From Lachnospiraceae bacterium (lineage in GTDB: Bacteria > Bacillota > Clostridia > Lachnospirales > Lachnospiraceae): 64,000 bases of DNA. Where the stretch lies: contig JALFHZ010000236.1 of the NCBI GenBank assembly GCA_022776445.1, positions 11,266 through 75,265 of the forward strand. The letters run 5' to 3'. Position numbers and translations under genes: made by a program. This document shows positions 47,149 through 56,820 of the stretch, piece by piece (position 1 is the first letter of the stretch; every line of letters starts with the position of its first letter). The notes under the pieces are model-generated. The model worked only from the letters and a program-made list of their open reading frames with translations, had not been told where the DNA came from and made no database searches.

Positions 47149-48516
47149 TTACAATTTCCCTGTCCGCGCAAGTTTTGCAAAGATCCACCTCAGCATCACC
47201 ACAGCTGCCATGGCCAGCACAAATTCTGCCGCTGCCTGCGCATAAGCAAGTCCATACAGAGGAAACAGTACATTCAGGATAAAGAGCGCCGGTATCTCCA
47301 ACACGATTTTCCGCAGAACTGCAAATACCAGCGCTGCCTTTCCAAGCCCGATGGCCTGAAACACTCCGACAGCCAGGAAATCAACCATCATAAAGGTGAG
47401 TCCCAGGCAGAATCCACGCAGGAATCTGCTTCCGTACGCAATAATGGTATCGCTCTTCATGAATGCTCCGATCAGCGTTCCGGCACCGACATAATAAACC
47501 AGAGTTACCAGGACCATCGCAGGAACCATCAGCTTCAGTGTGAACGCCAGACTCTCTTTCATACGCCTGATATTGCCGCTTCCATAGTTGTAGCTGATTA
47601 GCGGCATGATACCCTGAGAACTTCCGAGCGCAATCTGAAGCGGTATCATATAAATTTTATAAGCAATGCCCATTGCTGCCACTGCATCCGCGCCAAATTC
47701 TGCCGTAAAATTGTTCAGAATCGTCATCCCCGTCACGTTAAGCAGGTTCTGAATCGAAGCCGGAATTCCCACCGCACAGATACCCAGCACAATCGCTTTC
47801 TGAAAACCAAACTTTTTTGGAGAAATACAGACAAATGTTCTGCCCTTTTTCACCTTCAGCAGAATCAGGAAATAACAGCATGCCACACAGTTTGAAAGAA
47901 AGGTCGCACATCCGGCACCGGCGGCCCCCATATTCAGCCCCCACGGCAAAATAAAGATCGGATCCAGAATCATGTTGAGCACACATCCGCTCATGGTGCC
48001 GATACTGGCGTGAAGCGCAGCTCCTTCCGAACGCACCATATAAGCCATTACCACATTCAGAATCGCCGGAGCCGCACCGCACAGGACTGTCCAGTGCATA
48101 TATGCCGCGGTAGCATCCCAGGTATTGGCATCCGCACCCAACAGCTTCAGCAGCGGGCCCAGGAAAGTTGCACACAGCACAGAAAAGAAAATCCCGCAGA
48201 ATAAGGAACAGTAAAATCCAAACGCAGAGCTTCTTCGCACCGTATCATAATCTTTCCTGCCCAGTGCACGGCTCATCATACTGGAACTGCCCACACCAAA
48301 CAGATTGTTGACCGCATTAAATGCCAGAAGAACCGGCGATGCCAGCGTCACCGCCGCATTCTGGATCGGATCATTCAGCATACCTACAAAATAAGTATCT
48401 GCCAGATTGTAAAGCACCATCACCAATGAGCTGAGTACCGTTGGAATCGCCAGCGTCATCACAGCTTTCGGGATGGGAGTTTCTTCAAATAGAACTGATT
48501 TCTGATTCACTTCCAA
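47149..48516 (-). CDS. MATE family efflux transporter (MepA-like)
   Basis: LAIP....YNLADTYFVG, N.ILDP.FI and PLISYNYG; 12 TM helices. Confidence 0.93.
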   Translation of the reverse strand: MEVNQKSVLFEETPIPKAVMTLAIPTVLSSLVMVLYNLADTYFVGMLNDPIQNAAVTLASPVLLAFNAVNNLFGVGSSSMMSRALGRKDYDTVRRSSAFGFYCSLFCGIFFSVLCATFLGPLLKLLGADANTWDATAAYMHWTVLCGAAPAILNVVMAYMVRSEGAALHASIGTMSGCVLNMILDPIFILPWGLNMGAAGAGCATFLSNCVACCYFLILLKVKKGRTFVCISPKKFGFQKAIVLGICAVGIPASIQNLLNVTGMTILNNFTAEFGADAVAAMGIAYKIYMIPLQIALGSSQGIMPLISYNYGSGNIRRMKESLAFTLKLMVPAMVLVTLVYYVGAGTLIGAFMKSDTIIAYGSRFLRGFCLGLTFMMVDFLAVGVFQAIGLGKAALVFAVLRKIVLEIPALFILNVLFPLYGLAYAQAAAEFVLAMAAVVMLRWIFAKLARTGKL

Positions 48517-48633
48517 ATTTCCATCTCCTTTGCATGTCTCCGCAGCACGACTTTTCGATCTGCTGCCAATGGGAATATTGTATCACGGCAATGAAAACAA
48601 AACAAGTACGTCAAAATTGCACAAAATGTATGC

Positions 48634-48669
48634 GAAAACCCCCGCCCGTTTTCCCGGACAGGGGTTTTC
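48634..48669 (-). terminator. Terminator after amtB
   Basis: GAAAACCCC...GGGGTTTTC inverted repeat. Confidence 0.65.
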
Positions 48670-48705
48670 AAAGAAAGTATGTAAAAAATATATGGGGAAG
48701 CAAAT

Positions 48706-49941
48706 TTATTTGTCAATCCGGAATCCGTAGTAAGCATTCATGCCATGCTCATGGATATCCAGGCCATCCAGCTGTTCCTGATCAGTTACCCGCAGACCCA
48801 GCGTTTTGTCAATGACTTTAAATACAATAAACATACATACAGCCGTCCATGCAAGAACAGAAACCATACCAACCAGCTGAATGATCAGCTGTGCTGCGCC
48901 GCCGCCATAGAACAGACCGGCAATTTCATTTTCCGGAGCTGCCGGAGTCGCAAACAGACCAACCGCGATGGTGCCCCACATGCCGTTGCAGAAATGAACT
49001 GCTACTGCGCCGACCGGGTCATCCACACGGATCACATAATCACAGAACCATACACCGAATACAACCAGCATGCCGGATACAATGCCGATAAAGAACGCGC
49101 CCATCGCATCCACTACATCACAGCCTGCGGTAACAGCTACCAGACCTGCCAGGGAAGCATTCAGGCACATGGAAACATCCGGTTTACCATATTTGATCCA
49201 GGTAAAGATCATGCAGGTTACGGTTGCCACTGCCGGAGCAATGGTTGTTGTTGCAAAGATTGATGCCAGCTGAGGACCGGTGGTTGCTGCCGCACCGTTG
49301 AACCCGTACCAGCCAAACCATAAAATGAAGCATCCAAGTGCACCGATGACCACGTTATGTCCCGGAATCGCATTCGGAGAACCATCCTTATTATACTTGC
49401 CGAGACGAGGGCCCTCCATCCACGCGCCGATCAGCGCAGACAGACCGCCTACCATATGAATTGCACAGGAACCGGCAAAATCATGAAAACCTCTTACTGC
49501 CAGCCAGCCGCCGCCCCAGATCCAGTGTGCCTCGATCGGATATACCACTGCGGAAATCACAGCAGAATAAATACAATAGGAAATAAATTTGGTTCTCTCT
49601 GCCATGGCGCCGGATACAATCGTTGCCGTAGTCGCACAGAACACCAGGTTAAAAACAAAATTGGACCAGTCAAAATTTGCATAATTTGTTACAATATCCA
49701 GAGTCGGAAGTCCGACGAATCCGCACAGGGTATCCTCTCCCAGCAGAAGTCCGAATCCAAGAAACATGAATACGACTGTACCGATACAGAAATCCATCAG
49801 GTTCTTCATAATAATGTTGCCTGCGTTCTTTGCTCTGGTAAAACCCGTCTCAACCATTGCAAATCCTGCCTGCATAAAAAATACCAAAGCCGCACCAATC
49901 AAAAACCATATACCAAAAACTTCACTTAAGATTTCTTCCAT
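48706..49941 (-). CDS. amtB: Ammonium transporter
   Basis: FMQAGF, SGAMAER, DFAGS..IH, LWFGWYGFN and DDPVGAVAVH. Confidence 0.97.
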   Translation of the reverse strand: MEEILSEVFGIWFLIGAALVFFMQAGFAMVETGFTRAKNAGNIIMKNLMDFCIGTVVFMFLGFGLLLGEDTLCGFVGLPTLDIVTNYANFDWSNFVFNLVFCATTATIVSGAMAERTKFISYCIYSAVISAVVYPIEAHWIWGGGWLAVRGFHDFAGSCAIHMVGGLSALIGAWMEGPRLGKYNKDGSPNAIPGHNVVIGALGCFILWFGWYGFNGAAATTGPQLASIFATTTIAPAVATVTCMIFTWIKYGKPDVSMCLNASLAGLVAVTAGCDVVDAMGAFFIGIVSGMLVVFGVWFCDYVIRVDDPVGAVAVHFCNGMWGTIAVGLFATPAAPENEIAGLFYGGGAAQLIIQLVGMVSVLAWTAVCMFIVFKVIDKTLGLRVTDQEQLDGLDIHEHGMNAYYGFRIDK

Positions 49942-50143
49942 AAATCATGACCTCCTCTTCCCATTCAGGTATTTCGTTCCATTCCCATCTCATACAGTCT
50001 GTGCCGGAATCGTCCCTGCTCCGGCTTTTTCCTGAGGATGCGCCCCGGGCATGTGTGGGGGTATCGTGGGGGATAATCAAAATGCCCGGATTCGCCTGTT
50101 ATCATTTTTTCCGATGTCGTTCTTCTCAAGTCTGTTCCCTGGT

Positions 50144-50195
50144 AAAAAAGAAGGAGATAACGGTCGCTTCGATCGATCCGCTATCTCCCTTGATA
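50144..50195 (-). terminator. Intrinsic terminator/attenuator between glnK and amtB
   Basis: Minus strand AAGGGAGATAGCGG...CCGTTATCTCCTT followed by CTTTTTT. Confidence 0.75.
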
Positions 50196-50244
50196 ACTTT
50201 ATAATCTGTATGAAACTGTTGTGAACCATACGGTCCAGTTGAAA

Positions 50245-50583
50245 TTACAGAGCACCTTCACCACGCTCACCGGTACGGATACGAACCGCATCCTGCACAT
50301 CATAGATGAAGATCTTGCCATCACCGTAATTGCCGGTGGTAATTTCCTTTACCACACGCTCTACGATCTCTTCTGCTGCCGCCTCAGCAACCACGGTCTC
50401 AACTTTCACTTTCGGAAGCAGGTTTACCGTATACTCCGTTCCGCGATACATCTGCTTGTAACCCTTCTGATTACCATAGCCCATGATGTTGCTGATCATA
50501 ATACCGTTTGCTTTGCAGGATTCCAGAATTCCCTTCAAATCCTCCAGTTTCTCCGGCTTAATGATAATTTCCAACTTTTTCAT
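50245..50583 (-). CDS. glnK: P-II nitrogen regulatory protein
   Basis: 112 aa, IIKPEKL, YRGTEY T-loop, GDGKIFI and RIRTGERG; upstream of amtB. Confidence 0.95.
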   Translation of the reverse strand: MKKLEIIIKPEKLEDLKGILESCKANGIMISNIMGYGNQKGYKQMYRGTEYTVNLLPKVKVETVVAEAAAEEIVERVVKEITTGNYGDGKIFIYDVQDAVRIRTGERGEGAL

Positions 50584-50611
50584 ACAGCCTTCCTCCTATA
50601 TTCTACTTACT

Positions 50612-50668
50612 TATCAAACGAAAATGAGGGCAATCCCACTTTTGTGGAACGCCCTCGTTCGTTTGATA
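50612..50668 (-). promoter_or_regulatory. Structured 5' leader (attenuator-like) of glnK
   Basis: TATCAAACGA..GAGGGC..CCAC/GTGG..GCCCTC..TCGTTTGATA long hairpin filling the leader. Confidence 0.6.
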
Positions 50669-50675
50669 TGTGTTC

Positions 50676-50703
50676 ATTATATCTTTTTTTTCCAAATTGT
50701 CAA
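50676..50703 (-). promoter_or_regulatory. Consensus sigma-A promoter of glnK-amtB
   Basis: TTGACA-N16-TATAAT on the minus strand. Confidence 0.8.
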
Positions 50704-50796
50704 ATACATTTTTCTTTACACAATTTTAATTTTTTTGTGAAAAAACAACAAATATAGAAAAAAATGGCGTTTTTCTCAAAAAAGCCGAAATGGCTC

Positions 50797-50825
50797 TTGC
50801 TAATTGTACTTTTTATGTTTATAAT
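50797..50825 (+). promoter_or_regulatory. sigma-A promoter of ispE
   Basis: TTGCTA-N17-TATAAT. Confidence 0.6.
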
Positions 50826-50861
50826 ATACTGTATACAATATTATAATGGAGAACAGAAACT

Positions 50862-51773
50862 ATGATCAAACACCTCAGACTAAAAGCCTACGGTAAGATC
50901 AATCTCGGGTTGGATGTTCTTCGCAGACGAGAAGACGGATATCACGAAGTCCGCATGATCATGCAGACAGTCGGTATCTTTGACCGCATTGATCTGATCT
51001 GGAAGGAAGCCCCCGGTATTCAGGTAGAGACCAATCTCTACTATCTTCCCACCAATGAAAATAATCTGGTCTACAAGGCTGCGAAACTTCTGATGGATGA
51101 ATTCCGGATTACAGACGGAGTTACCATCCGGCTGAATAAGTTCATCCCGGTTGCTGCCGGTATGGCTGGCGGAAGCAGTGATGCTGCCGCTGTACTTTTC
51201 GGGATCAATAAGATGTTCCAGCTGGGTCTCACCGCGGAACAGCTGATGGAGCGTGGGGTGAAGATCGGTGCAGACGTACCCTACTGTGTGATGCGGGGTA
51301 CTGCTCTTTCAGAAGGAATCGGAGAGATTCTGACCGCGCTTCCGCCGGTACCTCAATGCCAGGTTCTGATCGCAAAACCTGCCATCAGCGTCTCTACCAA
51401 ATTTGTTTATGAACATCTGCATGCCAACGAACTTCGTCCCGACCAGCATCCGGATATCGACGGGATCATTGACGGCATTCGCAGACAGGATCTCCGGCAG
51501 ATATCCGCCAAACTCGGCAATGTGCTGGAGACTGTAACCATCAGGGAATACCCCGTCATTCAGGAGATCAAAGACCGTATGCTGGAATACGGTGCCATCG
51601 GTTCCCTGATGAGCGGCAGCGGTCCGACTGTCTTCGGAATTTTCACCTCGCCGAAAGCTGCACAGGATGCCTATGAGGAAATGCGCTTCGGAGATGCTGC
51701 CCATCTTGCAAAGCAGGTTTACCTGACGAATTTTTATAATCAGAAAGAGCAAACAAAAGGAGTACAAATGTAA
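50862..51773 (+). CDS. ispE: 4-(cytidine 5'-diphospho)-2-C-methyl-D-erythritol kinase
   Basis: KINLGLDV...REDGYHEV, IPVAAGMAGGSSDAA, GADVP and MSGSGPTVF. Confidence 0.97.
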   Translation: MIKHLRLKAYGKINLGLDVLRRREDGYHEVRMIMQTVGIFDRIDLIWKEAPGIQVETNLYYLPTNENNLVYKAAKLLMDEFRITDGVTIRLNKFIPVAAGMAGGSSDAAAVLFGINKMFQLGLTAEQLMERGVKIGADVPYCVMRGTALSEGIGEILTALPPVPQCQVLIAKPAISVSTKFVYEHLHANELRPDQHPDIDGIIDGIRRQDLRQISAKLGNVLETVTIREYPVIQEIKDRMLEYGAIGSLMSGSGPTVFGIFTSPKAAQDAYEEMRFGDAAHLAKQVYLTNFYNQKEQTKGVQM

Positions 51774-52447
51774 TGGATCACGAATTAAAAGTGAATATGA
51801 ATGAATATCTTCCGTTGCGCGATGTTGTGTTCAACACCCTGCGGCAGGCGATTTTAAAAGGAGAACTGGAACCGGGCGAACGCCTGATGGAAATCCAGCT
51901 TGCCGACCGTCTTGGGGTCAGCCGTACTCCGATCCGTGAAGCAATCCGCAAACTGGAACTGGAAGGACTGGTGCTGATGATCCCGCGCAAAGGAGCGGAA
52001 GTGGCCAAAATTTCTGAAAAGAGCCTTCGCGATGTACTGGAAATCCGCCGCTCACTGGATGAACTGGCGATTGAACTGGCAATCCAGCGCATGACAGAAG
52101 AAGACCTCCTGAAGCTGGAAGAAGCTCAGGAAGCTTTCCGCAAAGCCGTCAGCAGCAGCGATGCCATGACCATAGCAGAATGTGACGAGCATTACCACGA
52201 TGTCATCTACAATGCAACCGGCAACTCCCGCCTGGTACAGATTCTGAACAACCTGCGTGAACAGATGTACCGCTATCGTCTGGAATACATCAAGGACTCC
52301 GACAAACGGCAGATTCTGGTCGTTGAGCACGAGCAGATTCTGAAAGCCATTCAGGGACGTCGTGTCAACGAAGCCAAAATCGCAATCCGGGAACATATTG
52401 ACAATCAGGAAATCACCGTTTCAAAAAATATCAAGGAACAGCAGTAA
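51773..52447 (+). CDS. GntR (FadR/FCD) family regulator
   Basis: L.PGERLME..LA..LGVSRTPIREA HTH plus FCD domain; coupled to ispE. Confidence 0.95.
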   Translation: MDHELKVNMNEYLPLRDVVFNTLRQAILKGELEPGERLMEIQLADRLGVSRTPIREAIRKLELEGLVLMIPRKGAEVAKISEKSLRDVLEIRRSLDELAIELAIQRMTEEDLLKLEEAQEAFRKAVSSSDAMTIAECDEHYHDVIYNATGNSRLVQILNNLREQMYRYRLEYIKDSDKRQILVVEHEQILKAIQGRRVNEAKIAIREHIDNQEITVSKNIKEQQ

Positions 52448-52453
52448 GCAAAA

Positions 52454-52502
52454 CGCCCTGCAGCGCGGTCCCGGGCTGAATCCGGAATCACGCCGCAGGG
52501 CG
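52454..52502. terminator. Terminator between convergent genes
   Basis: CGCCCTGC...GCAGGGCG GC-rich hairpin. Confidence 0.55.
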
Positions 52503-52510
52503 CTCCTGTT

Positions 52511-53197
52511 TTATGATAAATTCTCCGGAAGCGGATCTTCCATTCCGAATGTATCCTCCGGTTCTTCCCGCTTCGGCGTATATTTATCGAAAATTGCCAC
52601 AAACACATAAGAATTCACAAACGCAATCAGCGGAAATCCAAACAGAAAAAACATCGGCTGCAGAATCGGTGCCACAAACAGAGCCAGTGCCGGAAGTCCA
52701 AGATCAATCACCAGCAGACCCAGTGTCTGCAGAAAATGGCGGATAGACATGAAAAAAGCATTGAACAGTGTCCGCTTCACCGGATTATAGAACCTGCACT
52801 GCAGAGGAAATACAAACAGCGAGATACTCGCATAAATCAGCGCAAATCCCAGAAATCCCGCAATCAGCAAGGTCCGCATCCGGGAACTGCCGGTCATTAC
52901 AAACAGAAAAATATACAGATCCACGCCCAGAACAATGCCCGCAGCCAACAGAATCAGCCAGATCACCGTAGCCTGTCTGAAATTCTCTTTAAAAGACTTA
53001 AAAAAGCTTTTGATTGTGGAACCCTCTTCATCCCGCACCAGCTTCAGCGTCACATAATAGACGGCTGTGGTTGAGGCGCCGACCGTCACAATCGGAATGC
53101 TGCAGATCACCCACAGGATATTCAGAATCATAATATCAAAAAACTTGCCGATAAAACGCCACACCGGGTTATCATAATTAAAAAAGCCGGAAAACAT
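52511..53197 (-). CDS. YesL/DUF624 family membrane protein
   Basis: LN.LW..CSIP..T.GA.TTA.Y and F.K.FKENF.QAT..W signature. Confidence 0.88.
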   Translation of the reverse strand: MFSGFFNYDNPVWRFIGKFFDIMILNILWVICSIPIVTVGASTTAVYYVTLKLVRDEEGSTIKSFFKSFKENFRQATVIWLILLAAGIVLGVDLYIFLFVMTGSSRMRTLLIAGFLGFALIYASISLFVFPLQCRFYNPVKRTLFNAFFMSIRHFLQTLGLLVIDLGLPALALFVAPILQPMFFLFGFPLIAFVNSYVFVAIFDKYTPKREEPEDTFGMEDPLPENLS

Positions 53198-53370
53198 AGA
53201 TTTCTATCCCCTTTTCTTATATAATCGTATTTTGCATGCATAACTTACATTTTATCGCATTTTCCTGCTTCTCACAAGCCTTTCCTTGGAAATAACGGTA
53301 CTTTATAAATATTTTATAGCTGAACCTTACCGGCTTATGATATACTGTAGGAAGTTACTTTTCGAAAGGA

Positions 53371-54141
53371 ATGACAAAAATCATGAAAATTACGGAAGAA
53401 TCCATGAAACGCCAAAGAGCACTGGAAAACGGGCAGATACCGGAACCTGAGGAACCACAGACATCCGGACCGGAACCTGCACCGAAGCTCTCAGAACGTG
53501 AGAAATTAAAGAACATGAGCCGGAAGGACCGCATCTGGTACATATGGACCTATTACAAGCTTCATATGCTGGCCGCAGTCATTGTCGGCATCCTGATTTA
53601 TACGGTTGCGTCTTCTGTATACCGGAGCACCTTCACTACCGCACTTCACTGCATCTGCATCAACAGCCGCTCGGAATCCGAGGTCGACTTTACCCCTCTG
53701 GAGCAGGATTTTGCCGTATGGCTCGGCCTTGGCAAAAAAGATCTGATCTCCGCCGAGACCGCCTTCATCTCCTACGGAGACAATGCAACGGATTACAGCT
53801 ATGCCAATATGGCGAAAATTTCCGCCCTGGCGGCAGCCCGGGATCTGGATATCCTGATTGCCGATACGGAAAGCATCGACCACTATGCTTCCTTCGGCGG
53901 ACAGTTCGATCTGGAAGAAATTCTTCCGGCAGATCTTCTGTCACTCGTTCAGGATCGGCTCTACTACACCACAGGGGAGGATGGCACAGCCCATGCTTAC
54001 GCCATTGATTTAAGCGGTACGGCTTTTACAAAAGCATGCGGTTTCGCACAGCAGCCTCCGCTGCTTGGTATCCTCAACAATACCGCACGTATCGACAATG
54101 CGGTGGCTCTGATCCGTTATATCTTTGATCCGCAGTCCTGA
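53371..54141 (+). CDS. Membrane-anchored hypothetical protein (solute-binding-like extracellular domain)
   Basis: YIW.YYK motif, single TM helix, then soluble domain with K...L.....LDI..; clean ORF with RBS. Confidence 0.7.
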   Translation: MTKIMKITEESMKRQRALENGQIPEPEEPQTSGPEPAPKLSEREKLKNMSRKDRIWYIWTYYKLHMLAAVIVGILIYTVASSVYRSTFTTALHCICINSRSESEVDFTPLEQDFAVWLGLGKKDLISAETAFISYGDNATDYSYANMAKISALAAARDLDILIADTESIDHYASFGGQFDLEEILPADLLSLVQDRLYYTTGEDGTAHAYAIDLSGTAFTKACGFAQQPPLLGILNNTARIDNAVALIRYIFDPQS

Positions 54142-54811
54142 ACCCCAGTTTCTCCAGCAGATGCCTGGAAGCCGTATTAGAGCGCAGCGTGACCGCACAG
54201 ACCGGACAGTTGTATTCCTTCTGAATGTAGTCCAGAATGATGCGGCACGCCTCCTCGGCATATCCCCTCTTCCGATACGGCTGAAAGATATGGTATCCCA
54301 GTTCCATCTGCATCTCCGTCCGGTCCGGCATTCCGGATTCTCCTTCCGGCTGTTCCTCACATCCGACGATACCGGCTTTTCCAATGATTCTGCCGTCTGT
54401 TTTCCGGACAACTGCCCATACCCCGTATTCATAAAATCCATATTGCCCGCGAATGTAGGACTCCAGCAGATCCCGGTCACGGAACACACGGTCCGCTTCC
54501 TGATCTTCCGGCTCCTGCGGTACTTTCTCCAGATCGCTCAGTGTGAATTCCCGGATCAAAAGACGATCCGACGATCCGATATTCCAGGGGAGCCCCAATT
54601 CCCGACGCACCACCCGTTCCAGGAATCTGTCATCCGCCGCCTCCGGTGTCTCGATCAGATAACGCGCCGCACTCAGATCCCGGGACGACTCTCCCAGTAA
54701 ACCAACAGGGACCCTTCCGGCTGCCCGCGCAGCAAGAAGGGTCTCCTGACTGTCTGAAATCATGACGCTGTATGCATTTCCTTCCACGGTAATCGTCCGC
54801 TCTTCCTTCAT
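54074..54811 (-). CDS. GNAT (RimJ/RimL-like) acetyltransferase with N-terminal extension
   Basis: RL.IREF, ELGYHI...YRKRGYAEEA and N.ASR.LLEKLGF; start at MKEERT. Confidence 0.85.
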   Translation of the reverse strand: MKEERTITVEGNAYSVMISDSQETLLAARAAGRVPVGLLGESSRDLSAARYLIETPEAADDRFLERVVRRELGLPWNIGSSDRLLIREFTLSDLEKVPQEPEDQEADRVFRDRDLLESYIRGQYGFYEYGVWAVVRKTDGRIIGKAGIVGCEEQPEGESGMPDRTEMQMELGYHIFQPYRKRGYAEEACRIILDYIQKEYNCPVCAVTLRSNTASRHLLEKLGFRTADQRYNGSEPPHCRYVRYC

Positions 54812-54857
54812 ACACGTCCTTCCCTCATCCGGAAATCGATTCGCCCTGTCTGTCGAA

Positions 54858-55376
54858 TCAGCATTTCTCCGGCTCATCATACTCCTCGCCAAAAGTGTCA
54901 ACCGTCATGCTTTTGATTTTCTGCTCTTTCAGCGGTCTGTCATTGTAATCGGTACGAACCTCAGCGATGGCATTTACTACATCCATGCCTTCCGTCACCT
55001 TGCCGAATGCCGCATAGGCACCATCCAGATGAGGAGCATCCTTGTGCATGATAAAGAACTGAGATCCTGCAGAGTTCGGCATCATGGAACGTGCCATGGA
55101 CAGAACTCCTGCCGTGTGCTTTAAGTCATTCCTGAAACCGTTCTGTGCAAACTCACCCTTGATGGAGTATCCCGGGCCGCCGGTGCCGATTCCCTTCGGG
55201 CAGCCGCCCTGAATCATGAAGCCTGCAATCACTCTGTGGAAAATCAGGCCATCATAAAAGCCCTTCTCTGCAAGGCTGATAAAGTTCTTCACCGTATTCG
55301 GAGCAATCTCCGGATACAGCTCTGCACGGATCACTCCGCCATCTTCCATCGTAATCGTAATCTCTGGATTTTTCAT
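54858..55376 (-). CDS. Cyclophilin-type peptidyl-prolyl isomerase
   Basis: FHRVI.GFMIQGG, SMAR...NSAGSQFFI and HLDG.YAAFG. Confidence 0.95.
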   Translation of the reverse strand: MKNPEITITMEDGGVIRAELYPEIAPNTVKNFISLAEKGFYDGLIFHRVIAGFMIQGGCPKGIGTGGPGYSIKGEFAQNGFRNDLKHTAGVLSMARSMMPNSAGSQFFIMHKDAPHLDGAYAAFGKVTEGMDVVNAIAEVRTDYNDRPLKEQKIKSMTVDTFGEEYDEPEKC

Positions 55377-55482
55377 ATCATTCATTCTCCTTCGTTTTCT
55401 ACCATAATACCATTTTTCTCCCAAAAATACAATGCAGCCGTCAAAAACGAATCATCCTCAGCACCTGCAAAAGCATAACATG

Positions 55483-55630
55483 AAAAACCTCTCCATACCG
55501 GAGAGGCTCTTCTACAACAATTCTATAAGAGGTAAAAAAGGGAGGAGAGCTGATAAGCAACTTACCAGCTCGAGTATTATGAAAAAAATCTTATAAGCAC
55601 TTCATAAACAACTCTGTTCTGTTGTTTATG
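55483..55630 (-). ncRNA. Putative trans-acting small RNA with anti-SD and anti-start-codon loops
   Basis: -10 TATACT at 55636-55641; 10-bp 5' hairpin (55603-55630); second hairpin (55547-55571); terminator CCTCTCC/GGAGAGG plus T5 (55483-55506); no credible ORF. Confidence 0.65.
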
Positions 55631-55651
55631 GTTATAGTATAGGCAGAAATC

Positions 55652-55711
55652 GTGAAGAAATCGTGATGATTGTGTAAAAGCTTTTTGAATGATTTGTGAA
55701 CAAACTATGAA
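55652..55711 (-). promoter_or_regulatory. Six 11-bp-phased TTCAC-like half-sites (OmpR/PhoB-type response regulator array)
   Basis: Plus strand GTGAA 55652, GTGAT 55663, GTAAA 55674, TTGAA 55685, GTGAA 55696, ATGAA 55707. Confidence 0.72.
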
Positions 55712-55713
55712 TG

Positions 55714-56637
55714 TCAGCGCATGATGATATATCCGGCATACACCGCATACATAATCAGCATGATCCATCCCTCCAGGCGGCTGATGCGCTGTTTGCTCCA
55801 GCAAAGCAGCCACACAATCACACTGAATCCGATCAGGCACATGGCATCAAAAACAGAAAGAATGCCGACACGGACAGGTTTGACAGCAGCGGACAGTGCC
55901 AGCACCATCAGAATATTGAAAATGTTGGATCCGATCACATTGCCCAGTGCCAGTCCATTTTCCCCTTTTCCAGATGCGACCATGGATGTAACCAGCTCCG
56001 GAAGAGAGGTTCCCAGCGCTACAATCGTCAGTCCGATCAATGTCTGACTCAGTCCGAAGGAGCGCGCGATGGCGCTCGCACAGTCTACCACCATATTTCC
56101 TCCGCACACAATCGCTGCAACACCGCCCACAATATAGACCAGGCAGCGGATCGGAGAAAGTGCCTGATATTCCTCCTCTCCCTGTACACGATTGTTTAAG
56201 GCATCCCGAATCGTCAGGAACATGAAAACGGCAAACATGATGAGCAGAAGAAACGCATCCATACGGCTCACCGTATGATCAAAGAGAATCATGATAAAGA
56301 GAACCACCGCAGCCAGTACAGAAGCCGCATAATCCCAGCGCAGCTTCACCGCAAAGGGACGAATCACGCCGCAGGCTCCAAGCACAACCAGGAGGTTGAA
56401 CATATTGGATCCCAGAACATTTCCCACCGCAATATCATTGTTGCCCGCGAAGGACGCCGCCGTACTGACTGCCAGCTCCGGCGCACTGGTTCCGAACGCC
56501 ACAATCGTCAAACCGATGATAATGCTTGGTACACGCAGCACCTTTGCGATGGAAGAGCTCGCCTCCACAAAATAATCCGCTCCCTTGATCAGAAGCACAA
56601 AACCAACTACCAGCAAAACATACTTCATCATTCCCAT
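55714..56637 (-). CDS. Ca2+/Na+ (CaCA, YrbG-like) antiporter, likely Mn2+/Ca2+ exporter
   Basis: Two alpha repeats GTS.PEL...GNV.GSN.FN; downstream of a yybP-ykoY riboswitch. Confidence 0.92.
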   Translation of the reverse strand: MGMMKYVLLVVGFVLLIKGADYFVEASSSIAKVLRVPSIIIGLTIVAFGTSAPELAVSTAASFAGNNDIAVGNVLGSNMFNLLVVLGACGVIRPFAVKLRWDYAASVLAAVVLFIMILFDHTVSRMDAFLLLIMFAVFMFLTIRDALNNRVQGEEEYQALSPIRCLVYIVGGVAAIVCGGNMVVDCASAIARSFGLSQTLIGLTIVALGTSLPELVTSMVASGKGENGLALGNVIGSNIFNILMVLALSAAVKPVRVGILSVFDAMCLIGFSVIVWLLCWSKQRISRLEGWIMLIMYAVYAGYIIMR

Positions 56638-56665
56638 AAATCTTTCCCCTTTCGTATTTTCAGGC

Positions 56666-56820
56666 AAACAAAAAGCAAGCCTTTTATCGTATCACAAAGA
56701 CACCATAAAAGTCTCGCTTATTATATGCGTACCGGGCCAGTTCTACTCGTTTCCTGACGATTCTGACCGTGATGACGACAGCGCATAACAGAATACATCT
56801 GCAAGCTACTCCCCTTTATT
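56666..56820 (-). ncRNA. yybP-ykoY (Mn2+) riboswitch with expression-platform terminator
   Basis: Minus strand AAAGGGGAGTAGC...CGTCATCACGG...CCGGT...GCGAGAC aptamer; terminator AAGCGAGACTTTTAT/ATAAAAGGCTTGCTT followed by TTTT. Confidence 0.85.

Noticed and set aside
55579-55596. Plus-strand mini-ORF MKKIL with upstream GGGAGG
   Set aside because: Promoter elements and terminator polarity point to the minus strand; better explained as the complement of sRNA pairing loops, though not fully excluded.
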